Source: Sideroxydans sp. (GTDB taxonomy: Bacteria > Pseudomonadota > Gammaproteobacteria > Burkholderiales > Gallionellaceae). From it: 64,000 bases of DNA. Below the pieces are notes generated by a model that saw only the letters and a list, made by a program, of their open reading frames with translations, was not told the origin of the DNA and did not search any database. The stretch covers positions 17,607 to 81,606 of the forward strand of contig DAIDAJ010000024.1 in NCBI GenBank assembly GCA_027310665.1. The letters run 5' to 3'. The position numbers and the translations under genes were made by a program. Below, piece by piece: positions 10,186 to 18,492 of this stretch (position 1 is its first letter; every line of letters starts with the position of its first letter).

Positions 10186-10896
10186 GTGAATCAGAAAGTT
10201 GATGCCTCAGATCAGTTGAGATCGGTGGATTGTGTGTATGAACCAGATCCCAGAACAAAAATGTTTGTCAGGCTGGATATACGCACAGGAGATGTTTATC
10301 CGAGAGTTCTCGCAGATCAGTATGGTGCCATAGCCTTCTTTAAGCTGCATGAAACCGTTCCGAGCGTTGTGTTGGTTCATTTTGAGACTGCAAAAAACTT
10401 GTATCTATATGCGTGGTTCGTTTATCGCTTTTATCCTGTGGCTGAACAACAGGCCCTTGCAAGTCTTGAGTTTGCGCTTCGCGAGAGACTTCCGGATTTT
10501 GTGGCAGCGGAAAAGAGAAAGCATAGAATGGGTTTCGAGCCCGGACTTAAGAGCTTATTAGGCTACGCAGTTAAAGAAGGTATTGTCAGAAATGAGAAAT
10601 TCTCAACGCGTGAACGTTGGGCAAGAAAGCGCGCTGAGAGTCGATATCGTTTTCAAAAGAGCGAGGAAATGAGAAACACGAATGTTGATAGCTTGGTGAT
10701 AGATGAGTCAGAGGCAGTGGTGACACAAGAGGACTTGGATTGTGATTGGCTAAATATCTTCTTGGAAACCATACCATCTATCCGTAATGACTATGCACAC
10801 GGCAGTCGTACATTGAGAAACAATGTCCTTCATTCGTTTGAGTTAGTGACAGAGATAATTAACCAGCTTTATCCAAAAGCGGAAATAGGCGCGTAG
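10186..10896 (+). CDS. Hypothetical protein with HEPN-like features
   Basis: Lower GC than flanks. N-terminal helix ..ALASLEFALRE and C-terminal RNDYAH (R-X4-H) at 10783-10800. Start codon uncertain. Confidence 0.6.
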   Translation: MNQKVDASDQLRSVDCVYEPDPRTKMFVRLDIRTGDVYPRVLADQYGAIAFFKLHETVPSVVLVHFETAKNLYLYAWFVYRFYPVAEQQALASLEFALRERLPDFVAAEKRKHRMGFEPGLKSLLGYAVKEGIVRNEKFSTRERWARKRAESRYRFQKSEEMRNTNVDSLVIDESEAVVTQEDLDCDWLNIFLETIPSIRNDYAHGSRTLRNNVLHSFELVTEIINQLYPKAEIGA

Positions 10897-10912
10897 GTCG
10901 GGTTAGCGCAGC
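10893..10912 (+). repeat. Truncated GTAG-REP (family A half-copy); supplies the TAG stop of the HEPN-like gene
   Basis: GTAGGTCGGGTTAGCGCAGC is identical to the first 20 nt of the REP at 11328. Confidence 0.8.
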
Positions 10913-10915
10913 AAG

Positions 10916-10996
10916 GTAGGATGGGTTGAGCGTAGCGATACCCATCGTCAGAGTGAAAAATGATTGATGGGTATCGCTGCGCTCAACCCATCCTAC
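10916..10996. repeat. REPIN: inverted pair of GTAG-REPs (family B)
   Basis: GTAGGATGGGTTGAGCGTAGCGATACCCATC (10916-10946) and an inverted near-copy at 10966-10996 ending CCTAC. Confidence 0.88.
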
Positions 10997-11028
10997 AGAA
11001 CTGTCGAACGGGAAAATTGAAAATAGTG

Positions 11029-11073
11029 TTTCATCCGTCCATGGTTCGACAGGCTCACCACGAACGGGTGAAA
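11029..11073. repeat. Palindromic repeat of the 'TTCGACAGGCTCACCACGAACGG' type
   Basis: Outer stem TTTCATCCGT/ACGGGTGAAA and inner TGGT/ACCA; resembles a widespread REP-like class recalled from other genomes. Confidence 0.6.
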
Positions 11074-11146
11074 CGGGGTCAGCATCGCAATTGTTTTTGT
11101 AGTGTTGTAACGGCAGTTGCTAACAGGAGGTGAAATAAAATTGGCC

Positions 11147-11327
11147 ATGCAGTCATACAAGGGTAGCTGCCACTGCGGCGCGATCCAGTTCTCGTTCGAG
11201 ACCGAGCCGTTCACCCACGGTATACGCTGCAACTGTTCGTTCTGTGCCAAACGGGGAATCATGGTACATCCGGTGCCGGGGTCGAAGTTCCTGATTGAAG
11301 CCAAGGACGATACGCTTGGTCAGTCCC
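11147..11327 (+). pseudogene. GFA/CENP-V family gene fragment truncated at a REP
   Basis: GSCHCGAI..CNCSFC zinc motifs and an AGGAGG RBS upstream. The frame runs into the GTAG REP at 11328 after about 60 codons, and no remainder is visible. Confidence 0.75.
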
Positions 11328-11406
11328 GTAGGTCGGGTTAGCGCAGCGTAACCCGACATTTTTCGTTGCGCTGTCGGGTTACGGCCTGCGGCCTAACCCG
11401 ACCTAC
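11328..11406. repeat. REPIN: inverted pair of GTAG-REPs (family A) upstream of RAYT
   Basis: GTAGGTCGGGTTAGCGCAGCGTAACCCGAC (11328-11357) and inverted variant 11373-11406 ending CCTAC. Confidence 0.9.
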
Positions 11407-11440
11407 AGGGATATTGGCGGTATAGAGGTTGGGGGATGTG

Positions 11441-11977
11441 ATGAGATACCGGCGTGCATTCGTTGATGGCGGCTCATTCTTCTTCACGTTGGTGACGGAG
11501 AAACGGCGACCGATATTTGCCTCGACGGAGGCGGTGGATGTGTTGCGGTCCGCATTTCGTTCCGTGCGAGCCTCCCATCCGTTTGTGCTGGATGCAATGG
11601 TGGTTTTGCCGGATCACTTGCATTGCATCTGGACGTTGCCGCCAGACGATGCAGATTTCGCCATCCGCTGGAGACTGGTTAAAACGTGGTTCACGAAACA
11701 TTGCGATCCGGCGCTACGTGTCATGCAAAACGCCAGCCAGGCGAGGCGGCGGGAGCAGACGCTGTGGCAGCATCGTTATTGGGAGCACATGCTGCGGGAC
11801 GAACAGGATTTCGAGAAACATGTGGAGTATGTTCATTACAATCCGGTGAAGCACGGATATGCGACCTCTCCGATGGCGTGGCCGCATTCCAGTTTCCGGA
11901 GGTATGTCGAGGCTGGGATATATGAGGCGGATTGGGGACGGTGGCAGATGGATTTTGATGGTGTTGGGTATGAATGA
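11441..11977 (+). mobile_element. REP-associated tyrosine transposase (RAYT / TnpA-REP, HUH Y1)
   Basis: GGSFFFTLVT, HUH motif PDHLH, WQHRYWEH, catalytic region YVHYNPVK; flanked by GTAG REPs. Confidence 0.92.
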
Positions 11978-11984
11978 GGCGGGT

Positions 11985-12014
11985 GTCGGGTTACGCTGCG
12001 CTAACCCGACCTAC
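11985..12014 (-). repeat. GTAG-REP (family A) downstream of RAYT
   Basis: GTCGGGTTACGCTGCGCTAACCCGACCTAC is the reverse complement of the 11328 REP. Confidence 0.9.
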
Positions 12015-12082
12015 GGGGCTACGGGGTGGCCCAATTCTCAATTCTTGAAATGAGAAAATGCGATAGTTGATCGGAGGAAATT

Positions 12083-13279
12083 ATGAGCAAACAAGTCCAG
12101 GAAGCCTACATCGTTGCCGCAACACGCACGCCAGTCGGCAAGGCGCCGCGCGGCATGTTCCGCAACACCCGTCCGGACGACTTGCTGGCGCATGTGCTGA
12201 AGAGCGTGCTGGCACAGGCACCGTCGCTCGACCCGGCCAGCATCGGTGACGTGATCGCCGGCTGCGCGATGCCGGAGGCGGAGCAGGGCATGAACGTGGC
12301 ACGCATCGCGCTGCTGCTGGCAGGATTGCCGGATTCGGTGCCCGGGATGACGGTCAACCGCTTCTGTTCCTCCGGTGTGCAGGCAGTGGCGCTGGCGGCA
12401 GACCGCATCCGACTGGGCGAGGCCGATGTGATGATCGCGGCAGGTGTGGAGAGCATGAGCATGGTGCCCATGATGGGCAACAAGGTCGCGTTCAATCCGG
12501 CCATTTTCGAGAACGAGCATGTCGGCATCGCCTACGGCATGGGGATGACCGCGGAGAAAGTGGCGGAGCGCTGGAAGGTGTCGCGCGACGCACAGGACGC
12601 GTTTGCCTTGCAGAGCCATCTGCGCGCCGTTGCGGCGATCAACAACGGCGAATTCGAGGACGAGATCACGCCTTACCGCATCACCGACAATGTGCCGGAC
12701 CTTAATACCCGCGAGATCAATATCAAGACGCGCGACGTCGCGCAGGACGAGGGCCCGCGCTCGGATACCTCGCTGGAGGCGCTGGGCAAGCTCAAGACGG
12801 TGTTCATGCAGAAAGGCTCAGTCACGGCCGGCAACAGTTCACAGATGTCGGACGGTGCGGGCGCGGTACTGCTGTGCTCCGAGTCCGCACTGAAGCGCTA
12901 CAACCTGACACCTATCGGCAAGTTTCTGGGCTTCAACGTGGCGGGCGTGCCGCCGGAGATCATGGGCATCGGCCCGAAAGAAGCCATTCCGCGCGCATTG
13001 AAGCAGGTTGGCCTGACCCTGAACGACATCGGCTGGATCGAGCTGAACGAAGCGTTTGCCGCGCAATCGCTGGCGGTGATCCATGATCTCGGGCTTGATC
13101 CGGCCAAGGTCAATCCGCTGGGCGGGGCGATCGCTTTGGGCCACCCGCTGGGTGCGACCGGGGCGATCCGCACCGCGACGCTGATGCACGGCCTGCGTCG
13201 CCGCAAACAGAAATACGGCATGGTGACTATGTGCATCGGCACGGGCATGGGCGCGGCCGGCGTGTTCGAATCTTTGTGA
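12083..13279 (+). CDS. fadA: Acetyl-CoA C-acyltransferase (3-ketoacyl-CoA thiolase)
   Basis: NRFCSSG, NEAFA, GHPLGATG and CIGTGMG thiolase motifs. Confidence 0.93.
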   Translation: MSKQVQEAYIVAATRTPVGKAPRGMFRNTRPDDLLAHVLKSVLAQAPSLDPASIGDVIAGCAMPEAEQGMNVARIALLLAGLPDSVPGMTVNRFCSSGVQAVALAADRIRLGEADVMIAAGVESMSMVPMMGNKVAFNPAIFENEHVGIAYGMGMTAEKVAERWKVSRDAQDAFALQSHLRAVAAINNGEFEDEITPYRITDNVPDLNTREINIKTRDVAQDEGPRSDTSLEALGKLKTVFMQKGSVTAGNSSQMSDGAGAVLLCSESALKRYNLTPIGKFLGFNVAGVPPEIMGIGPKEAIPRALKQVGLTLNDIGWIELNEAFAAQSLAVIHDLGLDPAKVNPLGGAIALGHPLGATGAIRTATLMHGLRRRKQKYGMVTMCIGTGMGAAGVFESL

Positions 13280-13293
13280 ACGAAAGGATATAC

Positions 13294-13857
13294 ATGAAAA
13301 AATTATTGCTGGTTGTCTGTGGTCTGTTGCTGAGTGGAAGCCTGAACGCGATGGAAGTGGCCGGCGTGAACCTGCCGGGCAGCGCACAAGTCGGCGTGCA
13401 GCCGCTGGTGCTGAACGGCGCGGGCATCCGCACCAAGTGGTTCTTCAAGGTCTATGTCGCCGCGCTATACCTGCCGCAGAAGCAGACTTCAGGTTCGGCG
13501 ATCATCGCGGATGAGCATCCGCATCGCATGGCAATGCACATGCTGCGAGAGCTGGCGAGCAAGAAACTGTATGGCGCGTTCAGCGAGGCCATCGAGATGA
13601 ACCGGACTCCGGCCGAACTGGCCGCCATGGATGCGCAGATGAAGGAGATGAAGCAGATATTCGATGCGGTGGGCGAGGTGAAGGAAGGTGACATCGTCAC
13701 GCTGGACTATCTGCCCGGCAGCGGTACACAGGTCAGCGTGAACGGAAAGGCGTTCGGCACGATTGCCGGAGCGGAATTTAACCGTGCCCTGCTGGAAATC
13801 TGGATCGGCAACAACCCGGTGCAGGATGACCTGAAGAAAGGATTGTTGGGTGGTTGA
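13294..13857 (+). CDS. Chalcone-isomerase-like exported protein (CHI fold, putative fatty-acid binding)
   Basis: Signal peptide, LNGAGIRTKWFFKVYVAALYL and IWIGNNPVQDDLKKGLLG motifs. Confidence 0.85.
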   Translation: MKKLLLVVCGLLLSGSLNAMEVAGVNLPGSAQVGVQPLVLNGAGIRTKWFFKVYVAALYLPQKQTSGSAIIADEHPHRMAMHMLRELASKKLYGAFSEAIEMNRTPAELAAMDAQMKEMKQIFDAVGEVKEGDIVTLDYLPGSGTQVSVNGKAFGTIAGAEFNRALLEIWIGNNPVQDDLKKGLLGG

Positions 13858-15166
13858 TTCCAGTGCTCCTGACGAGGCCAGGGAGAGCTTTGATGTGGAC
13901 CATGCCTTTATCGCGCATCTGAACGGCGAATGCCTTGACTGGGCGGGCATGGATAACGAGGCGCTGCAGCGCGCGATACAGGCGCAGGGCGGCGAGTGGA
14001 GCAGCCTGGTGAAGGAGCGCTGCCCGCATGTGTTCGCCGCTGCACCGGTTTTCATCAGCGAGTTGCAGCTGCAGCAGATGCGCGCTGTCATCGCCGCTGT
14101 GGAGGAAGTGGTGAATCGGCCAGATACTCGGCCCAACACCCCTCACCCTAACCCTCTCCCGCCTGCGGGAGAGGGGACAAACGCCACTCCTGCATCGCGT
14201 GAGCATTGTCATGGAGTGTTCTACGGCTACGACTTCCATCTGAACGAGCAGGGCGCTCACCTCATCGAGATCAATACCAATGCGGGGGGGGCTTTCCTGA
14301 ACGCATTGCTGATCGGGAGTCAGCATGGCCTCTTCCTGTATGGCACGGCAGTGGCCAAGAACCGCCTGGAGCAGGTCTTCATCGACATGTTTCGCAATGA
14401 ATGGCGACTGGTTCGCGGCGATGCCGCGCTGAAAACCATCGCCATCGTGGACGAACAGCCGGAGTCCCAATATCTCTATCCGGAATTCCTGCTGATGCAG
14501 AAGATCTTCGAGCGTGAGGGTTACGCTGTGCATATCGTCGATCCCTCGGCCCTGCAGGCGCGCGAGGACGGTTTGTATTGCGGTGAACAGCGCGTCGATC
14601 TGATCTACAACCGCCTCACCGATTTCGATCTGCATCAGTTTCCGCATATTCGCGCGGCCTGGGACGATCAGCAGGTGGTGCTGACGCCGAACCCGGCGCA
14701 TTACCGGCGCTATGCGGACAAACGCAAACTGACGCAATTGTCGGACAAGGAATGGCTGCATTCGGCCGGAGTCTCGCAAGCGAGTATCGATGCGCTTATG
14801 CTAGGGGTGCCGCAGACTCGCCTGGTCCAGGCGCAAGATGCCGATCAGTGGTGGAGCGAACGCAAGCAATGGTTCTTCAAGCCGGTGAGCGGCTACGGCA
14901 GCAAGGGCGCATATCGCGGCGACAAGCTCACCAAGCGCGTGTTCGAAGAGATCATGCAGTCCGACTATGTCGCACAACGACTGGCGCTGCCGGACGAGCG
15001 CAAGGTGTGCATGGAAGGTGCCGAACCGCAATCGCTCAAATTTGACGTGCGCTGCTATGTGTATGACGGGCATATCCAGTTTGTCGCGGCGCGTCTCTAC
15101 CAGGGGCAGACTACCAACTTCCGCACACCGGGCGGCGGCTTTGCGCTGGTGCGCGAGGTAAGCTGA
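13850..15166 (+). CDS. Uncharacterised circularly permuted ATP-grasp ligase
   Basis: GYDFHL..LIEINTNAGG, DLIYNR, FFKPVSGYGSKG, YVAQ, FDVR motifs; overlaps the upstream gene by 8 nt. Start uncertain. Confidence 0.7.
   Translation: MVDSSAPDEARESFDVDHAFIAHLNGECLDWAGMDNEALQRAIQAQGGEWSSLVKERCPHVFAAAPVFISELQLQQMRAVIAAVEEVVNRPDTRPNTPHPNPLPPAGEGTNATPASREHCHGVFYGYDFHLNEQGAHLIEINTNAGGAFLNALLIGSQHGLFLYGTAVAKNRLEQVFIDMFRNEWRLVRGDAALKTIAIVDEQPESQYLYPEFLLMQKIFEREGYAVHIVDPSALQAREDGLYCGEQRVDLIYNRLTDFDLHQFPHIRAAWDDQQVVLTPNPAHYRRYADKRKLTQLSDKEWLHSAGVSQASIDALMLGVPQTRLVQAQDADQWWSERKQWFFKPVSGYGSKGAYRGDKLTKRVFEEIMQSDYVAQRLALPDERKVCMEGAEPQSLKFDVRCYVYDGHIQFVAARLYQGQTTNFRTPGGGFALVREVS
14139..14183 (+). repeat. Palindromic element inserted in-frame (encodes ..PHPNPLPPAGEGTN..)
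   Basis: CCCTCTCCCGC-CT-GCGGGAGAGGG is a perfect 11-bp inverted repeat (14152-14175); the element is 45 nt and preserves frame. Confidence 0.8.
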
Positions 15167-15318
15167 TTACCGATGGCCTTGCGCCCCTGAAGGGCAAAGT
15201 ATCTAGGCAGGTATCTAGATACTTGTCTAGGTAGTCGTGCATATTGTGGGGACTGGGGCTTCGTCGCAGAATCCGGACTCGGCCGTTGAGCGTCTATTGG
15301 CCGTATTGGGGAACAGCG

Positions 15319-16797
15319 ATGAATACTTCCTTGCTCAACCGGCGTCCGTTCTGGTTCAGTCTGGACGATTATATTTTCCATATCGATCAGGCAAACTTGC
15401 GTGTTCGAACCGAGCAACTCCGCACTCGGCTTTCGGTCTATCCCTGGCTCGTCTTGAGCCAAATCGTTTTACAGTTCCTGTTTGTGTTGTTGTTCTGGGA
15501 CCAGGCACTGCATCGGCTGCTGCTGTCCTGGCTGGCAATTCTTTACGCATTGCATGCGGCGGAGCTCGTCAGGTGGTCTACGCATCGGGATGAATTGAAT
15601 ACCTTGCAGGACTGCAGGGATTGGCATCTTCACTTCACGCTCTTCGCGATCGCGGCGGGCGTCATGTGGGGTGTGGCTACGGTAATCTTCTTTCCGGCCG
15701 ACATCGGCTATCAAAGCCTGTTGATCTGCGTGATGCTGGGGTTGGTCGCGGGAGCGGTTACCATGAACTCGGCGCATCTGCCTTCGCTATACGGCTATTT
15801 TCTCGGGATCATGATCCCGCTGATCCTGCGTGTGTCATTCGAGAATGACACAATCCACTGGATACTCACGTTGATGCTGAGCGTATATGTGGCGGTGGTT
15901 GTGCTGGAAGGACATGGCCTGAACAAGACATTCATGCTTTCGCTTCGGCAGCGCTTTGAAAATACCTCGTTGCTGCAGCAACTGACAGCGCAAAAGGCAG
16001 AAACTGAAGAGGCCCGCAGTCAACTGGAACGAACCAATATCATTTTGCACGATAACGAAACGAGGCTGGAGCAGATGGTGCGCGAACGGACCGCTCAGCT
16101 TCAACAAAGGTCTGATGAGATCGTGGCGATCAAGGATACGACCATCCTGGCGCTGACCTCACTGGCGGGGACGCGGGATAACGAGACGGGCAACCACATC
16201 CGTCGCACGCAACATTATGTCCGTACCCTGGCGATACGGTTGCGCGACCATCCGCGCTTCAAATATTTTCTGACCGACGAAAATATCGAGATGCTCTTCA
16301 AGATCGCGCCTCTGCACGATATCGGTAAGGTCGGCATTCCGGATCGCATACTTCACAAGCCGGGCAAGCTGACACAGGAAGAGTTCGAGATCATGAAGAC
16401 GCATACCACCCTCGGCGGAAATGCGATATCGGGCGCGGAGAACATGACGAGTGTCCGCAACAGCCCGTTTCTGAAAGCAGCCCGCCAGATCGCGATCGGG
16501 CATCACGAGAAATGGGACGGAAGCGGATATCCATTCGCCTTGCGCGAGGATCACATTTCCATCCCGGCGCGTTTGATGGCCCTGGCTGATGTCTATGATG
16601 CGATGTCATGCCGGCGCGTGTATAAGTCCGCCATGGTTCACGACGACGTTGCGGAAGTCATCATCGACGGCAAGTGGAAACACTTTGACCCCGATGTGGT
16701 CGATGCATTTGTGGCTGCCATCGGTGAATTCAAGGAAATCGCTGCGAGGTATCGCGACAACGAGGCCGATGTCCCCGGCTGGAAAGTGGCTGCCTAA
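15319..16797 (+). CDS. Membrane-anchored HD-GYP c-di-GMP phosphodiesterase
   Basis: Several N-terminal TM helices, coiled coil, LHDIGK, HHEKWDGSGYP and ADVYDA motifs. Confidence 0.88.
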   Translation: MNTSLLNRRPFWFSLDDYIFHIDQANLRVRTEQLRTRLSVYPWLVLSQIVLQFLFVLLFWDQALHRLLLSWLAILYALHAAELVRWSTHRDELNTLQDCRDWHLHFTLFAIAAGVMWGVATVIFFPADIGYQSLLICVMLGLVAGAVTMNSAHLPSLYGYFLGIMIPLILRVSFENDTIHWILTLMLSVYVAVVVLEGHGLNKTFMLSLRQRFENTSLLQQLTAQKAETEEARSQLERTNIILHDNETRLEQMVRERTAQLQQRSDEIVAIKDTTILALTSLAGTRDNETGNHIRRTQHYVRTLAIRLRDHPRFKYFLTDENIEMLFKIAPLHDIGKVGIPDRILHKPGKLTQEEFEIMKTHTTLGGNAISGAENMTSVRNSPFLKAARQIAIGHHEKWDGSGYPFALREDHISIPARLMALADVYDAMSCRRVYKSAMVHDDVAEVIIDGKWKHFDPDVVDAFVAAIGEFKEIAARYRDNEADVPGWKVAA

Positions 16798-16829
16798 CTG
16801 TTTTTGCAATATCTCAGACTTCCCGGTAT

Positions 16830-17924
16830 TCAATGGCCGCGTATCACCAGCGGAATACGCTGCCTGCCGAACTGTCCGTCGAATTTTCCGAAGTGTCCCG
16901 CCAGTTTCGTGCCGCAATGCGGGCATGTGCCGTTGTCCGCGACCGCGTAATCTCGGATGAGGTGCCAGTCACGGACGATCAGCGGTTGCCGGCAGTTGGA
17001 ACAGAGCGTTGTGCCGCCGCTCAGGTCATGTACGTTGCCGGTATAGACATGCTGCAATCCGGCGGCATGGGCGATCTCGCGTGCCTGCGTCAGTTTGCCG
17101 GCGGGCGTGGGAGCAATGTCGGTCATCTTGTAGTCGGGGTGGAAAGCGGTGAAGTGCAGTGGCACCTCCGTCCCAAGTTCCTTCGCGATCCATTCGCTCA
17201 TCCGGCCGATCTCGTGCTCACTGTCGTTGTAGCCGGGTATCAACAGCGTGGTCAGTTCGACCCACACCCCGGTTTCCTGCCGCAGATATTTCAATGTGTC
17301 CAGCACGGGTTGCAGGTGTGCGCCGGTCTGCTTTAAATAGAACTCATCCGTGAACGCTTTCAGGTCCACGTTCGCGGCATCCATCTTTGCGTAGAACTCG
17401 CGGCGGGGCTGGTCGTGCATATAACCCGCCGTGACCGCCACGGCCTTGATGCCAAGCTCATGACAGGCATCGGCCACGTCCATGGCGTATTCGGCGAAGA
17501 TCACCGGATCGTTATAGGTGAATGCCACGCTCTTGCAATTCAGTTCGGCCGCGGTACGTGCGATAGCCTCGGGCGTCGCCTGATCGGCGAGTTTGTCGAA
17601 GCTGCGTGATTTGGAGATGTCCCAGTTCTGGCAGAATTTGCAGGCCAGGTTGCAGCCGGCCGTGCCGAACGACAGAATGCTGCTGCCCGGATAAAAGTGA
17701 TTGAGCGGCTTCTTCTCGACGGGATCGACGCAAAAGCCCGAACTGCGACCATACGTGGTCAGTACCATCGCGTCATCGATGCGCCCCCGCACGAAGCATG
17801 CACCGCGCTGCCCCTCATGCAATTTGCAGTCACGCGGACACAGGTCGCACTGTATGCGCCCGTCGTCCAGCCTGTGCCAGTATCTGGCCGGATACCGCTC
17901 GGCGATGCTGATCGGCTCGTCCAT
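16830..17924 (-). CDS. AmmeMemoRadiSam system radical SAM enzyme
   Basis: CDLCPRDC N-terminal motif, CNLACKFC radical-SAM motif, FTYNDP. Confidence 0.92.
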   Translation of the reverse strand: MDEPISIAERYPARYWHRLDDGRIQCDLCPRDCKLHEGQRGACFVRGRIDDAMVLTTYGRSSGFCVDPVEKKPLNHFYPGSSILSFGTAGCNLACKFCQNWDISKSRSFDKLADQATPEAIARTAAELNCKSVAFTYNDPVIFAEYAMDVADACHELGIKAVAVTAGYMHDQPRREFYAKMDAANVDLKAFTDEFYLKQTGAHLQPVLDTLKYLRQETGVWVELTTLLIPGYNDSEHEIGRMSEWIAKELGTEVPLHFTAFHPDYKMTDIAPTPAGKLTQAREIAHAAGLQHVYTGNVHDLSGGTTLCSNCRQPLIVRDWHLIRDYAVADNGTCPHCGTKLAGHFGKFDGQFGRQRIPLVIRGH

Positions 17925-17925
17925 T

Positions 17926-18492
17926 TCAGCGGGCCTCGGCGAAATCGGCTTCGCGCCACTTGCTCACGGTATAACGCGACAGCCTGATCTCCTGCGCCCA
18001 GAAATTGTCGGGCAACCCGGCTTTGCGCTTGAGGTGTGCCATGAAATGGCGTGTCTCCGGCAATTGTTCCCAGACCTGCGGCAGAAAAGTGCTGCGGTAA
18101 CGCCCGTATTCGAAGATAACGCCATCCACCCCCGGGCGCAGTTGTGACAGGGCGTCATGCTCGCCGCGGAATTCCATTGTCTCGGCTGCTGACAGCAATG
18201 AAATCTCACACTCGGTTATTGTCAACTCGTAGCGGCCAAGCGGCTCGAAACGCGGGTCGCGAAAAGCTGCGGCAAGGGCGTTCTGACGGACATCCTGAGC
18301 CAGCGGACGGTGCGCCTGCAACGACCCGATGCAGCCGCGCAACTCGCCATTCTGTGTCAGTGTGACAAACGTCGCACCTTTCTCGTCCAGCCATTGTTCT
18401 TGCGGTGTCGAGACATAAACCTCCCCGAGCGCCTCGCCGATGGCGCCGCGCGCGATCTCTACCAATACTTTTCCACGTTTTGAATCAGTCAC
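17926..18492 (-). CDS. AmmeMemoRadiSam system protein A (AMMECR1 domain)
   Basis: GATFVTL..LRGCIG, AAFRDPRF, EISLLS, TFLPQVW. GTG start at 18492 behind AAGGAG. Confidence 0.9.
   Translation of the reverse strand: MTDSKRGKVLVEIARGAIGEALGEVYVSTPQEQWLDEKGATFVTLTQNGELRGCIGSLQAHRPLAQDVRQNALAAAFRDPRFEPLGRYELTITECEISLLSAAETMEFRGEHDALSQLRPGVDGVIFEYGRYRSTFLPQVWEQLPETRHFMAHLKRKAGLPDNFWAQEIRLSRYTVSKWREADFAEAR

Noticed and set aside
10893-12014. CRISPR array
   Set aside because: The repeats are inverted GTAG REP pairs beside a RAYT, without regular unique spacers or cas genes.
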